Shown: positions 8,262 to 17,843 of the stretch, in pieces
How the letters are laid out: each line of letters begins with the position of its first letter
How positions within the stretch are numbered: the stretch's first letter is position 1
NCBI GenBank assembly: GCA_003650815.1
Contig: QMSB01000003.1
Coordinates: forward strand, 1-50,023
Source of the DNA: Thermoprotei archaeon
GTDB lineage: Archaea; Thermoproteota; Thermoprotei; Thermofilales; B15-G2
DNA: 50,023 nucleotides
Direction: 5' to 3'
Translations under genes and position numbers: made by a program
Notes under the pieces: generated by a model
Databases searched by the model: none
What the model was told of the DNA's origin: nothing
Seen by the model: only the letters and a program-made list of their open reading frames with translations

Positions 8262-9017
8262 ATGTTCTCTAGGCTAGTATGCTTACGAAGAGAAGATATG
8301 AAGATAGTGAATACGATAAATGTTTCGCCCTCAGAAAGGGGCGATGTTTTAAAGAGTATTACAGCGTACTTAACCTCAAGTAGTAATCTTAGTGGAAATT
8401 TGCTACTCACTATTCACGCACCTTTAGATTTTATCCCCTCTTCCTTTCATCCCGAGCCTCCCCTTTTCATTAAAACAACAGCCAGAAGGAAGATAATGGG
8501 TTGGAGAATAACTCCCTACTTGAGAATTTTAGGCGGTAAAGCTGTGTTATCATATGGCATTAGGATAGATGCAAAGTACCTATTACCAGAAAACATTTTA
8601 GAAACCAATATGATTGAAGTAAAATGTATCAATGAAAATATCTTTAAATTAAATATATTCATGTGTTCTAAAATTTTGAAGAAGTTTAGGCTTATAGTAG
8701 GTCCTTTACCTTCAAACTACTTGGGCTTAAAGTACTCTGTTTTGAGTAAGAGAGGGTGTTCAGAAAAGAAATGCGATATGGCTGAGTTTGGAGCAACAAG
8801 AGTTTATATTTTTAAGAGTAGGAGAAATACTCTCGCGGGACATCTCGTAGTAAAGATAGAAGGCAAAAGATTTCTTAAAACAATACTTCCAATATTTCTT
8901 CAAGGTATTTTATCTAAAGAAAATAGTATTATTAAGACTAGGATTCCGGGTATGCGTCCTTTAGTACTTAATAGGGTAAATTACGACCTCCCAGACTTTT
9001 ATTTAACTGTGTCGTAG
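8262..9017 (+). CDS. Hypothetical protein
   Basis: 251-aa ORF filling the gap; no motif recognised. Confidence 0.55.
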   Translation: MFSRLVCLRREDMKIVNTINVSPSERGDVLKSITAYLTSSSNLSGNLLLTIHAPLDFIPSSFHPEPPLFIKTTARRKIMGWRITPYLRILGGKAVLSYGIRIDAKYLLPENILETNMIEVKCINENIFKLNIFMCSKILKKFRLIVGPLPSNYLGLKYSVLSKRGCSEKKCDMAEFGATRVYIFKSRRNTLAGHLVVKIEGKRFLKTILPIFLQGILSKENSIIKTRIPGMRPLVLNRVNYDLPDFYLTVS

Positions 9018-9866
9018 CAAACCTTTCTCTCTTAAAACGTCTATTAGAATCTGCTTCATTACAAGAGCATCCTCATCCAGTAGAGGGGACTCTGAGATTA
9101 TTGTAGAGATGAAACCTGTTTCAGCTATTGCTTCTGCAAGGTCTCTAAATTCTGGACCAAAGTCTTCCTCGGACATTATGTGGTGTCTTCTTTCTCCAGC
9201 CTGAGTATACTCTACTCTAGTGAAATGGCAGTGTAGGTTCTTGGCTACGTCGGTTCCGAGCTCATTTTCTATTCTCTCTAACACGATAATAAAGTCTCTT
9301 GGCTCATTTAGCGCGCCTACGTCTCTAGCGTGTAAGTGGGCCCAGTCAATCACCGGAACTAGTATGTCGATTTCTTGTGAAGCTTTTATGATCTCATCCA
9401 AACTGCCGAACTGGTTCTTCTTACCCATTGTTTCAGCTCCAAGCAATATTTTCTCTTTAAAAACACTTATTTTATCTTCTATTTCCTTTAGAGACTTTAT
9501 GAATATTTCAAAAGCCTTGCTAGGATCTAAGCCCTTATATGCTCCAGGATGGAAGACTACTAGTTCTGCTCCCATCCATACAGCTGCTTGAACAGAACTA
9601 ACTACTCTCTCGATGCTTTTTTCCAGCTTCTCCTGCTCCGTGCTGCATAGGTTTATGTAATACGGTGCATGAATACTTAGCTTTACATTGTATTTTCTTG
9701 CCTCTTCTCCGAGTTTTTTCGCGTCCTCCTCCTTTATTTTTACTCCGTAAACAGCCTGATATTCGAAAGCGTCAAGCCCCCTTTCCCTCAGGTATTTTGG
9801 TATGCCCTCAATCTTACCCTTATACTTGAGGGGCTTGCCTGCTGGACCAAATCTCGGTACGCGCAT
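9003..9866 (-). CDS. nfo: Endonuclease IV family (TIM-barrel AP endonuclease)
   Basis: FGPAG, SIHAPYYINL, VFHPG, ETMGKKNQFGSLDE, IDWAHLHAR, HCHF, GERRH, ISESP. Confidence 0.9.
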   Translation of the reverse strand: MRVPRFGPAGKPLKYKGKIEGIPKYLRERGLDAFEYQAVYGVKIKEEDAKKLGEEARKYNVKLSIHAPYYINLCSTEQEKLEKSIERVVSSVQAAVWMGAELVVFHPGAYKGLDPSKAFEIFIKSLKEIEDKISVFKEKILLGAETMGKKNQFGSLDEIIKASQEIDILVPVIDWAHLHARDVGALNEPRDFIIVLERIENELGTDVAKNLHCHFTRVEYTQAGERRHHIMSEEDFGPEFRDLAEAIAETGFISTIISESPLLDEDALVMKQILIDVLREKGLLRHS

Positions 9867-9868
9867 AT

Positions 9869-10747
9869 CTACTTAAGTTTACATAAGAGCCCTCTATACG
9901 CTTTTCTGAATACTTCGGGGAATATTCTTGTGGAATATTCTCTTTCAACTGAGACTACTTGAGGTGAGTTTATATCCTTGGTAGTCCCCAGAGCCGATCC
10001 TCTTTTTTCAGCGTAGTCTCTGTAAGTTTTTTCTATTAGCTTTATTTCAGGTTCTTCGACTTCAGCCTCCTTAGCTATATCTATTATTCGTTTTGCTAGT
10101 GACGCGAATACGAAAGCTGAATACTTTTCTTCTAATCTGTAGATATGTAAACTTTCTTCACCATACTTTGCTACAATTTTTTCTCTAAGCTTAATGAATT
10201 CATTTACCTTATCTAGTGCCTGTTTTAGTATTTTTAGAATTAGTTGAGCTGTTACTTTGCCCTGCCCCCAGGTCTCGTAGTACACCACCTCCTCCGGAAA
10301 TCTTTTCGTGGGATCTGTTAGTTCTTCCTCAGGATATCCTATTGTCACTATATAGTGCACTTGAACATTCGGTGGTACGGAGAGTATTTTCTTTACTTCT
10401 GCTTCATTAAAGGCCCCTATCCAACATCCCTCTAATCCTAGCGCGTGAGCCATGAGAAGAACATTTTGTATTGCCGCAGCTACGTTAACTACTCTCCCTC
10501 CGCAGAACACCATTACTACTGGAGCTTCTTCTATAAACTCTTGGTTTAAAGAGACTTTGGTGAGCTTCTTTTTGGTTTCGGGGTCTTTAACTATGATTAC
10601 TTTCCATGAAGCTTTGTTCCCTCCAGCTGGTGCGTATACAGCGGATTCGATGAGCAACTGGAGTTGTTCTTCAGGGATTGGTTTAGAAGAGTATTTTCTA
10701 GCAGTTCTTCTCTCCTGAATGAGCTTTAGAACTTCCTCAGGTGTCAT
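9869..10747 (-). CDS. Nitroreductase-family protein with a long C-terminal helical extension
   Basis: RRTARKY, APAGGN, QNVLLMAHALGLEGCWIG, IGYP; about 130 extra C-terminal residues. Confidence 0.85.
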   Translation of the reverse strand: MTPEEVLKLIQERRTARKYSSKPIPEEQLQLLIESAVYAPAGGNKASWKVIIVKDPETKKKLTKVSLNQEFIEEAPVVMVFCGGRVVNVAAAIQNVLLMAHALGLEGCWIGAFNEAEVKKILSVPPNVQVHYIVTIGYPEEELTDPTKRFPEEVVYYETWGQGKVTAQLILKILKQALDKVNEFIKLREKIVAKYGEESLHIYRLEEKYSAFVFASLAKRIIDIAKEAEVEEPEIKLIEKTYRDYAEKRGSALGTTKDINSPQVVSVEREYSTRIFPEVFRKAYRGLLCKLK

Positions 10748-10779
10748 AGATATTTTGAATCACTGATATAAATAATAGT

Positions 10780-11817
10780 TTACACTGTGGGCTCAGCTAT
10801 GTATAGGTTATGTTTATTTGAAATTATTCTTACGTACATTCGAGTTCCGGGGCTAGCATGTACTCCTATAACTGTTATTAAACGCATTCTTCTCTTGTCT
10901 ACTGCTAGCAACTCTCCTTTTAGCCATCCATCCTCTATTACCTCTACTAGAACTTTTTCTCCCTTTTTATAAATTATTGGAAGCATTGGACGCTTATGTA
11001 TGCCGAAGTCTTCCGGTCTGAGAATTAACTTCACCTTGTATTTATTTTCAAGCTCTAATAATTTTCTGTAGAAATGTCTCCAAGTCATAGGCTTCACTCC
11101 TCTAGGTTTTCTTCCTCTCTTATGTGCTTCATATTTCTGTATTCCTAAAGGAGGCCATTTTTTGCCAGCTCCTATTTTGATAGCGTACTCGATGATTTTA
11201 GGTATTTCTTGGTCATTTAGCCCAGGGACCCATACAGGAGCTATGAGGAGATCTATGTCTGGTCTTTCTGCTATGTGCTCGGCTACCTGAAGAACTCTTT
11301 CTAAATCGTACCACTCAGTATCTGCTAATTTTTTCGCTAGTAGAGGATCAAGCGCATCTATCGATAGATTTATTCGAGAAAGACCTGCATCAGCTAGCTC
11401 GTCGACAAGCCTCTCGGTGAGCAGAGCTCCGTGAGTCTGCATTGAAATGACTTCAACTCCACGTATTTCTGAGAGTTTCTGTACGAGCTCTACTATGTGA
11501 GGATAAGTCAGGGGGTCTCCAACAGTATCTATATGTGCTTCAATATGTTTTCTTCCCTTGTAGTCTACTACGTACTCGAACCATTCGATGAGGCTTTCTA
11601 AATCTACGATATATTCGCAGAGTCTGTGTTTAGACTTAGGTCCTGCGTCTGTTGAACAGAAAATACAGGAAAGCACACATGCAGAGGATGGTCTGACTTG
11701 AATAACATTAGTTCCTCTATCTATGAGTCCAAAGGCTATGCATCCTACTAAAGGGACGTCATCTATGAAGACTATTTTACGCTTTTTCACAGACGCTTCC
11801 TCAAGTAGTCTGAGCAA
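10780..11817 (-). CDS. Radical SAM protein with a C-terminal TRAM-like domain (conserved archaeal family)
   Basis: FGLIDRGTNVIQVRP, CVLSCIFC, EAHID, GIQKYE. Confidence 0.9.
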   Translation of the reverse strand: MLRLLEEASVKKRKIVFIDDVPLVGCIAFGLIDRGTNVIQVRPSSACVLSCIFCSTDAGPKSKHRLCEYIVDLESLIEWFEYVVDYKGRKHIEAHIDTVGDPLTYPHIVELVQKLSEIRGVEVISMQTHGALLTERLVDELADAGLSRINLSIDALDPLLAKKLADTEWYDLERVLQVAEHIAERPDIDLLIAPVWVPGLNDQEIPKIIEYAIKIGAGKKWPPLGIQKYEAHKRGRKPRGVKPMTWRHFYRKLLELENKYKVKLILRPEDFGIHKRPMLPIIYKKGEKVLVEVIEDGWLKGELLAVDKRRMRLITVIGVHASPGTRMYVRIISNKHNLYIAEPTV

Positions 11818-11851
11818 ACAAGACTATATATTTTAAAATTCCGTTAATCTT

Positions 11852-12649
11852 GTGCTCAAATATGCAGCTAAAGTATTCTATGATGGCCGCTTAGGCGACT
11901 GGAGATATATGCAGAACAGGATAAAACGTGCACTATTAGCAAGTAAGGTGTCTTCTCCTCCATTTAAACTCCCTTTGGCATCTAGAACGGACAGCGGCGT
12001 ATGGTGTCTAAGCCAAGTAATCTCTTTTAATTCAAAGGTGAAGCTGAAGTCACTTCGTAGAATCAACGCCTATCTTCCTAGAGGAATAAGGCTTTACGCC
12101 CTAGCCGAGGTCTCTTCAGACTTTTCTCCTCGAAAAGCTCTCAAAAGAGTATATATTTACATAGTTCCTTATAGTGGAGAAAACTTAGACATTATGCGAA
12201 AAGCTGCTGAGCTTTTTATAGGCAAACATGATTTCTGGAACTTCTGCGTCGCTAAGAGAGAAGAAAGCACTGTGAGAGAAGTAACAAATATATTCGTCAG
12301 CGAAGCTGCGGAAACAATAATAATGATTTTCGAAGGACCCGGCTTTCTGAATAAAATGATAAGAAAAATTGCGTGGACTATATTGGCTGCAGGAAGAGGG
12401 GAAATAGACTTAGAGTTTATTCAAAATAGACTCGAGAGAAAGGTGGACTCTAAGGTTCCATCATTATCCCCTCAGGGACTTATCTTATATAGCATTGAAT
12501 ATCCTCAACCTATTAAATTTAAGTACGATAATTCAGCACTAACTGATATTAGAGAGTATTTAACTAAAGAGAAAAGAAATCTAGAAGTATTCTATGCGCT
12601 CACAAATCTCTCTCTACTCAAACTAAGCACTACTAGAAATTTTAAATAG
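11852..12649 (+). CDS. truA: tRNA pseudouridine(38-40) synthase TruA
   Basis: YDG, SRTDSGV (catalytic Asp), IGKHDFWNF, GFLNKMIRKI, GLILY. Confidence 0.85.
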   Translation: MLKYAAKVFYDGRLGDWRYMQNRIKRALLASKVSSPPFKLPLASRTDSGVWCLSQVISFNSKVKLKSLRRINAYLPRGIRLYALAEVSSDFSPRKALKRVYIYIVPYSGENLDIMRKAAELFIGKHDFWNFCVAKREESTVREVTNIFVSEAAETIIMIFEGPGFLNKMIRKIAWTILAAGRGEIDLEFIQNRLERKVDSKVPSLSPQGLILYSIEYPQPIKFKYDNSALTDIREYLTKEKRNLEVFYALTNLSLLKLSTTRNFK

Positions 12650-12691
12650 AAAAACTTTAATCTGACATCAACGCAGTATAGTGTTAGACAC

Positions 12692-13186
12692 ATGCGAAAA
12701 TACGAAGATTATCTTAAAGCCGAGGTTAAAGGAATATACCGTGTAGTATTTAGAGATAAATATCTCTCTCGGCTGAACATTTACCTAAGACCCGTCTATG
12801 TAATTCTTCTCGCATGTCCTGAATGGGGAGACCTCGTTCTCCCAATATATATTAATGAGCCAGAAGCAATGTCTATTCAAATGGCGTTAGAAGGATTTAA
12901 GCCGCAGAGGCCCATGACCCATGATCTAATACTTTCTATGTTAGAAACTCTGGGAATAACTATAGAGAAAGTTACTGTAGATGGAGTAATTAGTGGGGTA
13001 TATGTGGCAACAATAGTTCTTAGGGATTATAGAAAAACTAAGCCTGAGTATAGATATGTTGATGCACGCCCTTCAGATTCCATAGCACTGGCAGTAAGAG
13101 CTGGAGCGCCTATATATGTGGCTAGTCACCTTGTAGAGTATGCTGTCCCCGCAGATCAGTTCGATTATGAAGAAAGCTCCTCTTAG
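12692..13186 (+). CDS. Bifunctional nuclease family protein (DUF151)
   Basis: LPIYI...EA.SI, RPMTHDL, DARPSDSIALAVR..APIYV. Confidence 0.9.
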   Translation: MRKYEDYLKAEVKGIYRVVFRDKYLSRLNIYLRPVYVILLACPEWGDLVLPIYINEPEAMSIQMALEGFKPQRPMTHDLILSMLETLGITIEKVTVDGVISGVYVATIVLRDYRKTKPEYRYVDARPSDSIALAVRAGAPIYVASHLVEYAVPADQFDYEESSS

Positions 13187-13188
13187 TA

Positions 13189-13740
13189 TTATTTAGCAAC
13201 AGATTTACTACATATGAAATAGAGACCTAGTCCCTTACCTCTCTCTGTAATAGCTTCTATAGTTTTTGCAGGAATTTTTTCTCTAAATATCTTGAGAATC
13301 AAGAATGCTGTGATATCTACCACCCTTTTAAAGTCTTCACAGTACTCTGCGGTATCAAAGCATTTTAGCTCAAAAGGTGGATGAAGTTGTGTTGCTATAC
13401 TAATGTAAGTTTTTGCTATCTTCTTTTTAAATGGCCCCGGAATCCCTTTAACTTGATTTATTATTTTTAGTGTAAAGGCACGACCTTTTCTTTTTAGTTT
13501 TAGCAACTCTTTTAATCCCTCACTTGATATCTGAGAATATCTGCTGTAGATATAGTATAGCTCAAGAATATGTTCTAGGCAGGCTCTTAAATAGACGTAG
13601 GCCGCTAAAGAGTCCCTTCTTTGAGCGTGACTAAACGATGATTTGAGAAGAAAGTAGCATACATCTATGCTTTTAACATGTATGGAGTCTTTGAGTAGCT
13701 TTATAATACTTAAAGCTTTAACAGCGGCGCTTAAATCCAT
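13189..13740 (-). CDS. Hypothetical helical protein, HEPN-like
   Basis: AAYVYLRACLEH and Y..IATQLHP resemble HEPN-superfamily helices. The ATG shares 1 nt with the PCNA stop. Confidence 0.55.
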   Translation of the reverse strand: MDLSAAVKALSIIKLLKDSIHVKSIDVCYFLLKSSFSHAQRRDSLAAYVYLRACLEHILELYYIYSRYSQISSEGLKELLKLKRKGRAFTLKIINQVKGIPGPFKKKIAKTYISIATQLHPPFELKCFDTAEYCEDFKRVVDITAFLILKIFREKIPAKTIEAITERGKGLGLYFICSKSVAK

Positions 13741-14480
13741 TATCCTGCTCTAGGAGCTAAGAAGTACCTTAAAATGCCCCCTCCAGCTATTTCGAAGGTA
13801 AGTGAGATAGGCTTTTCTGTTGCGAATTCTACAGTAACTACATCTGATAGAGCTGAAGCCTTCTTAACCATGTCAAGTAGATACTCTAAGCTATAAGATG
13901 CTACGCTGTTTTCTTGTACCTCATACTCTAAGAGAGAGCCGCTTATAAGAGAGAAGTCTACGGTAACTTCTCCCTTATCACTTGAAGCATATACTCTTAA
14001 GAGGTCTTCAGTTGCCTCGAATTTCACAGCGTCGCTTACAAGATTAGCGTCTGAGAGAGCATCTTTAAGAGAATCGCTTAGCATTCTAGCTCTGACTTTA
14101 AAGTCTACTTTGACTGCTGGCAGCTCTTCGCTAGGTATATCGAGTATTGGAAGAGAAAAAGTTCTTTCAGCTCTTCCAATTATTTTTACCTTAAATCTTC
14201 CTGCAACAGTAGACAATTCTACTTTCTCATCTTTCCTAGCTCTCTTCATTACCTTCCTTAACTCCTCAAAGTTTACTCCAATGATAGTCTCTTCATCGCA
14301 CTCAAATTCATCGAAAGCAGTTTGAGGAAGTGAGAGATCTACCATAGCTATTCTAGATGGATCTAATGCCCTTAGGGTCAATCCGTCAGGAGTCACTTTA
14401 AAGCAAGCCTCATCTATGAGAGCGGCTAAGCTTTCTACTAAGTACTTCCACTCCCTAGCATCACCAAATACTAATCTCAT
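13740..14480 (-). CDS. pcn: DNA polymerase sliding clamp PCNA
   Basis: LIDEACF, ALDPSRIAMVDL, YSLEYL, LRYFLAPR; ORF track start 14495. Confidence 0.95.
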   Translation of the reverse strand: MRLVFGDAREWKYLVESLAALIDEACFKVTPDGLTLRALDPSRIAMVDLSLPQTAFDEFECDEETIIGVNFEELRKVMKRARKDEKVELSTVAGRFKVKIIGRAERTFSLPILDIPSEELPAVKVDFKVRARMLSDSLKDALSDANLVSDAVKFEATEDLLRVYASSDKGEVTVDFSLISGSLLEYEVQENSVASYSLEYLLDMVKKASALSDVVTVEFATEKPISLTFEIAGGGILRYFLAPRAG

Positions 14481-14558
14481 CAAAGAAAATAGCATACTCC
14501 CTTTATTTAAATCTAAGCTTTAATGGAAAAGGATATTTCAAACATGTTTAGAGGGAGA

Positions 14559-15104
14559 TTACCAGGGAACATTTTTAAGCCCTAGTTTGAATGCAAGGAA
14601 GTTAGAGAGCTTATGAAAAGCATACGTTAAAATCACTAGCAACAGAGCCTCTAGTGAGAATATATTTATTTTAAAAATCAGGTAATCTGCTATTAATGCT
14701 ATTATTATGAAACTTAACTGGTCGACTAAAGGTAAAGGAGCACCCCTCGGTATTCCTAGTCTCCTCTTAATGAAAGAGCCCAGCATATCTCCAGTAAGAG
14801 CAGCTATAGACGTAACTATAAAGAAAAAACTATTAAAAACTATTTCACTTAAATACTTTAAGTATAATGCTTCAAAAACAACTTTAGCAGGATAGTAAGT
14901 AGATGCTCCAGCTAGTACACCTGCTATAAAGCCTTCTATGCTTTTTCCGTCACCTAGTATTCGGCGCCCATCTACAAAATTTTTACCCATATCTATTGGA
15001 GTGCGCTTTTTCAAAATTTTCGCTACGATGACTGGAACTGCGTTAGCCACATACGCGGGTATAGCTACAGCAACCATCTGAAGGACAAGGAACTCGTTTA
15101 ACAT
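14559..15104 (-). CDS. carS: CDP-archaeol synthase
   Basis: PAYVANAVP, PIDMG...DGRRILGDGKS.EG, GDMLGSFIKRR, DQL, GLKNVPW. Confidence 0.92.
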   Translation of the reverse strand: MLNEFLVLQMVAVAIPAYVANAVPVIVAKILKKRTPIDMGKNFVDGRRILGDGKSIEGFIAGVLAGASTYYPAKVVFEALYLKYLSEIVFNSFFFIVTSIAALTGDMLGSFIKRRLGIPRGAPLPLVDQLSFIIIALIADYLIFKINIFSLEALLLVILTYAFHKLSNFLAFKLGLKNVPW

Positions 15105-15238
15105 TTCTCTACTCCCTGTCTAAATCAAGTAAATACTAAAGTGTTGGTATTTAAAGAGTTCTCCTCCGTTGAAGTACTTATAAGTCATTGACCCGACTGA
15201 AATTACTAATTTATTTAACAGTTCACATAAAGTAATTA

Positions 15239-15679
15239 GTGACTGGCCCTGGTCCTGGAAAAATACCGCTTAAGGCAAGAGTACATTTGTTAGGAAGTAG
15301 ACTTGTGGAGGTTCCTGCAGACGTGTACCTTCATGTGAAAGGATATTCTTTAGCTAGGGTTACGCATCTAGATATAGAAGACCCCCTCCTCAATAAAATA
15401 ATTCCTCCCAGCTCACATAAATATCTAAAAATAATTGGTCTTCCTACAGGATTTAGAATATTATTAAAAAACATCATAAAAATAAATGTAAACAAGGAAA
15501 GTATATTAGTCAACTCTATTGACATACATTGTAGTGAACTCTCCGATCTTCTTAGTAGTGGCGAGAGTACTATAGCCTATGTAGGTGGAAAAAATGGAGG
15601 TATATTCATTGGTTTCAAGAAAATGTATGTAGAAAAGTTAGAGAAAAAAGCTATAAAAATGGGTGTTAGGCCTCTGTAG
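15239..15679 (+). CDS. Hypothetical protein
   Basis: 146-aa ORF with motif-like segments (PGPGKIPL, KGYSLARVTHLDIE, YVGGKNGGIFIGF); function not recognised. Confidence 0.7.
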   Translation: MTGPGPGKIPLKARVHLLGSRLVEVPADVYLHVKGYSLARVTHLDIEDPLLNKIIPPSSHKYLKIIGLPTGFRILLKNIIKINVNKESILVNSIDIHCSELSDLLSSGESTIAYVGGKNGGIFIGFKKMYVEKLEKKAIKMGVRPL

Positions 15680-16355
15680 CTTCGATTAGCCTTTTATACT
15701 CTTCCGCTATAATGACTCCGCTACTCGTGCCTATTCTGTCGGCTCCAGCTCTTATGAACGTTAAGGCATCTTCCGCGTGCCTTATTCCTCCAGCCGCCTT
15801 TACTTTTATCTTGCCCTCGCTCACTTTCTTGAGCAAAGCCACATCATGTATAGTGGCTCTGCCTGGACCAAAGCCTGTACATGTCTTCACATAGTCCGCG
15901 CCTGCTTCAATAAGTAGTCTGCAGGCTTCTGCTTTTTCTTCATCGTTCAGATAGTCCGTTTGAATGATAACCTTTATAATAACACCACTGCTATGAGCAG
16001 CTTCAACGAGAGCAGTTAATTCTCTTTTTAGATCATCTATTAGACCAGACCTAAGAAAAGAAATGTTCATAACTACGTCTACTTCTTCGGCTCCTCTAGC
16101 TGTTGCCTGCTCAAGTTCAGCTAACTTTACCTCTGTAAGGGAGTATCCTAAAGGAAAGCCTACTACTGTGCAGGGTTTTACATCACTGCTGGCCAGTATT
16201 TCTGATACTTGTTTAATATAAACTGGTGGTGCCACAAATGCAGCAAATCCTATTTCCATAGATTTACGACATTCATTTATAATATCATCTAGTCTCGCGT
16301 TTGGTTTCAGAACTGTGTGATCGATCTTCTTCACAAATTCGCTTAGGCTCAACAT
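15666..16355 (-). CDS. deoC: Deoxyribose-phosphate aldolase
   Basis: IDHTVLKP, VVGFPLG, GAEEVDVV, VKTCTGF, VKAAGGIR, RIGTS. Confidence 0.95.
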   Translation of the reverse strand: MLSLSEFVKKIDHTVLKPNARLDDIINECRKSMEIGFAAFVAPPVYIKQVSEILASSDVKPCTVVGFPLGYSLTEVKLAELEQATARGAEEVDVVMNISFLRSGLIDDLKRELTALVEAAHSSGVIIKVIIQTDYLNDEEKAEACRLLIEAGADYVKTCTGFGPGRATIHDVALLKKVSEGKIKVKAAGGIRHAEDALTFIRAGADRIGTSSGVIIAEEYKRLIEATEA

Positions 16356-16503
16356 CTAGCTCCACCTTAAGGAATACTGTCGAAATATATCCGCATTCCT
16401 CACAAATATATTGTTGGGGAGTTACTACTCCGCTTAGCGGAGTAAAGGGCTTAACTTTAAGTGATCCACATTTTGGACATATTAACGCCTTTATTTTCTT
16501 CAA
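16285..16503 (-). CDS. Small Zn-ribbon protein
   Basis: CPKCGS...YICEECGY, with a GGGTGA SD-like element upstream. Overlaps the deoC start. Confidence 0.7.
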   Translation of the reverse strand: MKKIKALICPKCGSLKVKPFTPLSGVVTPQQYICEECGYISTVFLKVELDVEPKRICEEDRSHSSETKRETR

Positions 16504-16569
16504 TGTATCACCCTTAGCCTAGAGGTACTATTGGATTGAAAATATATAGGTCTAATGCTATCTCTTCTT

Positions 16570-16627
16570 GTGATGAGGAGGAGGGCTGTTGACCCTCCTG
16601 GGGGATGATCCTTAGGCTGCGGACTGA
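16570..16627 (+). ncRNA. C/D box sRNA
   Basis: C GTGATGA 16570, D' TTGA 16589, C' GGGATGA 16602, D CTGA 16624. GC-rich island with a TATA-like element about 25 nt upstream. Confidence 0.8.
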
Positions 16628-16629
16628 TG

Positions 16630-17787
16630 TTAGTAATAGTCTCCTAGAAGCCATATGTTGCCTATATTGACATTTTCTAAGCCTGCTCTCTTTGCTAGAG
16701 CATATGCTTCCATAGCATGTTTCCTACTTGTAGGGGGCAGATCATCAATTAAATAGTCTGGGTGAAATGCTAGAAGGGATAGTGGAATAGACGTGTCTAT
16801 ATCGGCTATGAAATTAACTATTTTCTCTACCTCGTAGTAGTCTACATAGCCTGGAACAAGGAGAATGCTTGCTACTACGAGAGGGGGTTCCTTTCTTTCA
16901 TTTATTCTCTTAGCAGCTTTTCTGAAGTTCTCAAATAATGAACTGTTATCACAGCCTGTTAACGCCTTATAGACTGGGGGGGTCCACGCTTTTACGTCGA
17001 ATTTTATGCATCCTCCGCTCTCAAGAGATAGTTCTACTGCTCTTTCAAGAAAAACAGGATTCATGAGACCATTAGTTTCCCAACATATCCTTAGAATACG
17101 ACCTTCTCGAACAGCTTGCTCAAGAGCTATAGTGCTTGCTTTTAACGCGTGAGGCATTTGGGGAGAGGGGTCTCCTCCAAAGAAACATATACATGATACT
17201 CTTCGAGTAATTTTACTGGCTAGCTCCTCTGAGCTCATGGTAGGAGACAGCCTAAATGTATTTTCCCTATAGTGCCAGTTTTGGCAGAAGAGACAATCTA
17301 AATTACAGGCACCGTAAAAAACCGCTAAGTTATAGTATCCTCTCTCTGCTGATGGCTCATAGGCATACTTAGGGTAACCTCTCCCTGTGCATCCAGGACA
17401 TGTCCATTCGGCCACACAGTTTGTTGGTAAAGGATCATAGTAGCAATCAACAATAGCCTTATCGGGAGTCCCTGCTAATCTGATAAGCTTATTTCCCTGG
17501 TTTCTAACTAAACCGCAAAAACCGTACCCTTCTTCAGGTATTTTACACTCATTGGCGCAGAAGGTACATTTAATTCCTTTAGGGTCTCTGGGGGGCTCAG
17601 AGGGTAAACCATATTTGCCTCTACTTATTTCATGTGCTTTCATAGCTACTTCTAAAGCTTCTTTAGGAGAGTCTCTTAGACAGTCAACACAGACACCGAT
17701 TATTCTAGATATTAGCGCTGATTTCTTGCCGCATATTGCACACTCTTTCTCTTTTTTAAGTAAATACCATGAAATTCTAAATATCAT
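16630..17787 (-). CDS. Radical SAM protein (PFL-activase-like / AmmeMemoRadiSam-related)
   Basis: CNLDCLFCQNW, FFGGDPSP, WETNG, FHPDY; Cys-rich N-terminus. Confidence 0.9.
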   Translation of the reverse strand: MIFRISWYLLKKEKECAICGKKSALISRIIGVCVDCLRDSPKEALEVAMKAHEISRGKYGLPSEPPRDPKGIKCTFCANECKIPEEGYGFCGLVRNQGNKLIRLAGTPDKAIVDCYYDPLPTNCVAEWTCPGCTGRGYPKYAYEPSAERGYYNLAVFYGACNLDCLFCQNWHYRENTFRLSPTMSSEELASKITRRVSCICFFGGDPSPQMPHALKASTIALEQAVREGRILRICWETNGLMNPVFLERAVELSLESGGCIKFDVKAWTPPVYKALTGCDNSSLFENFRKAAKRINERKEPPLVVASILLVPGYVDYYEVEKIVNFIADIDTSIPLSLLAFHPDYLIDDLPPTSRKHAMEAYALAKRAGLENVNIGNIWLLGDYY

Positions 17788-17843
17788 TACAAATTATTTT
17801 ACTCGAGAAGATTGATATATTTGTCTCTCGACAAGATTGTGAA

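Noticed and set aside
15130-15153. Imperfect palindrome TAAATAC...GTATTTA upstream of carS
   Set aside because: It is AT-rich, overlaps a probable TATA box and could arise by chance.
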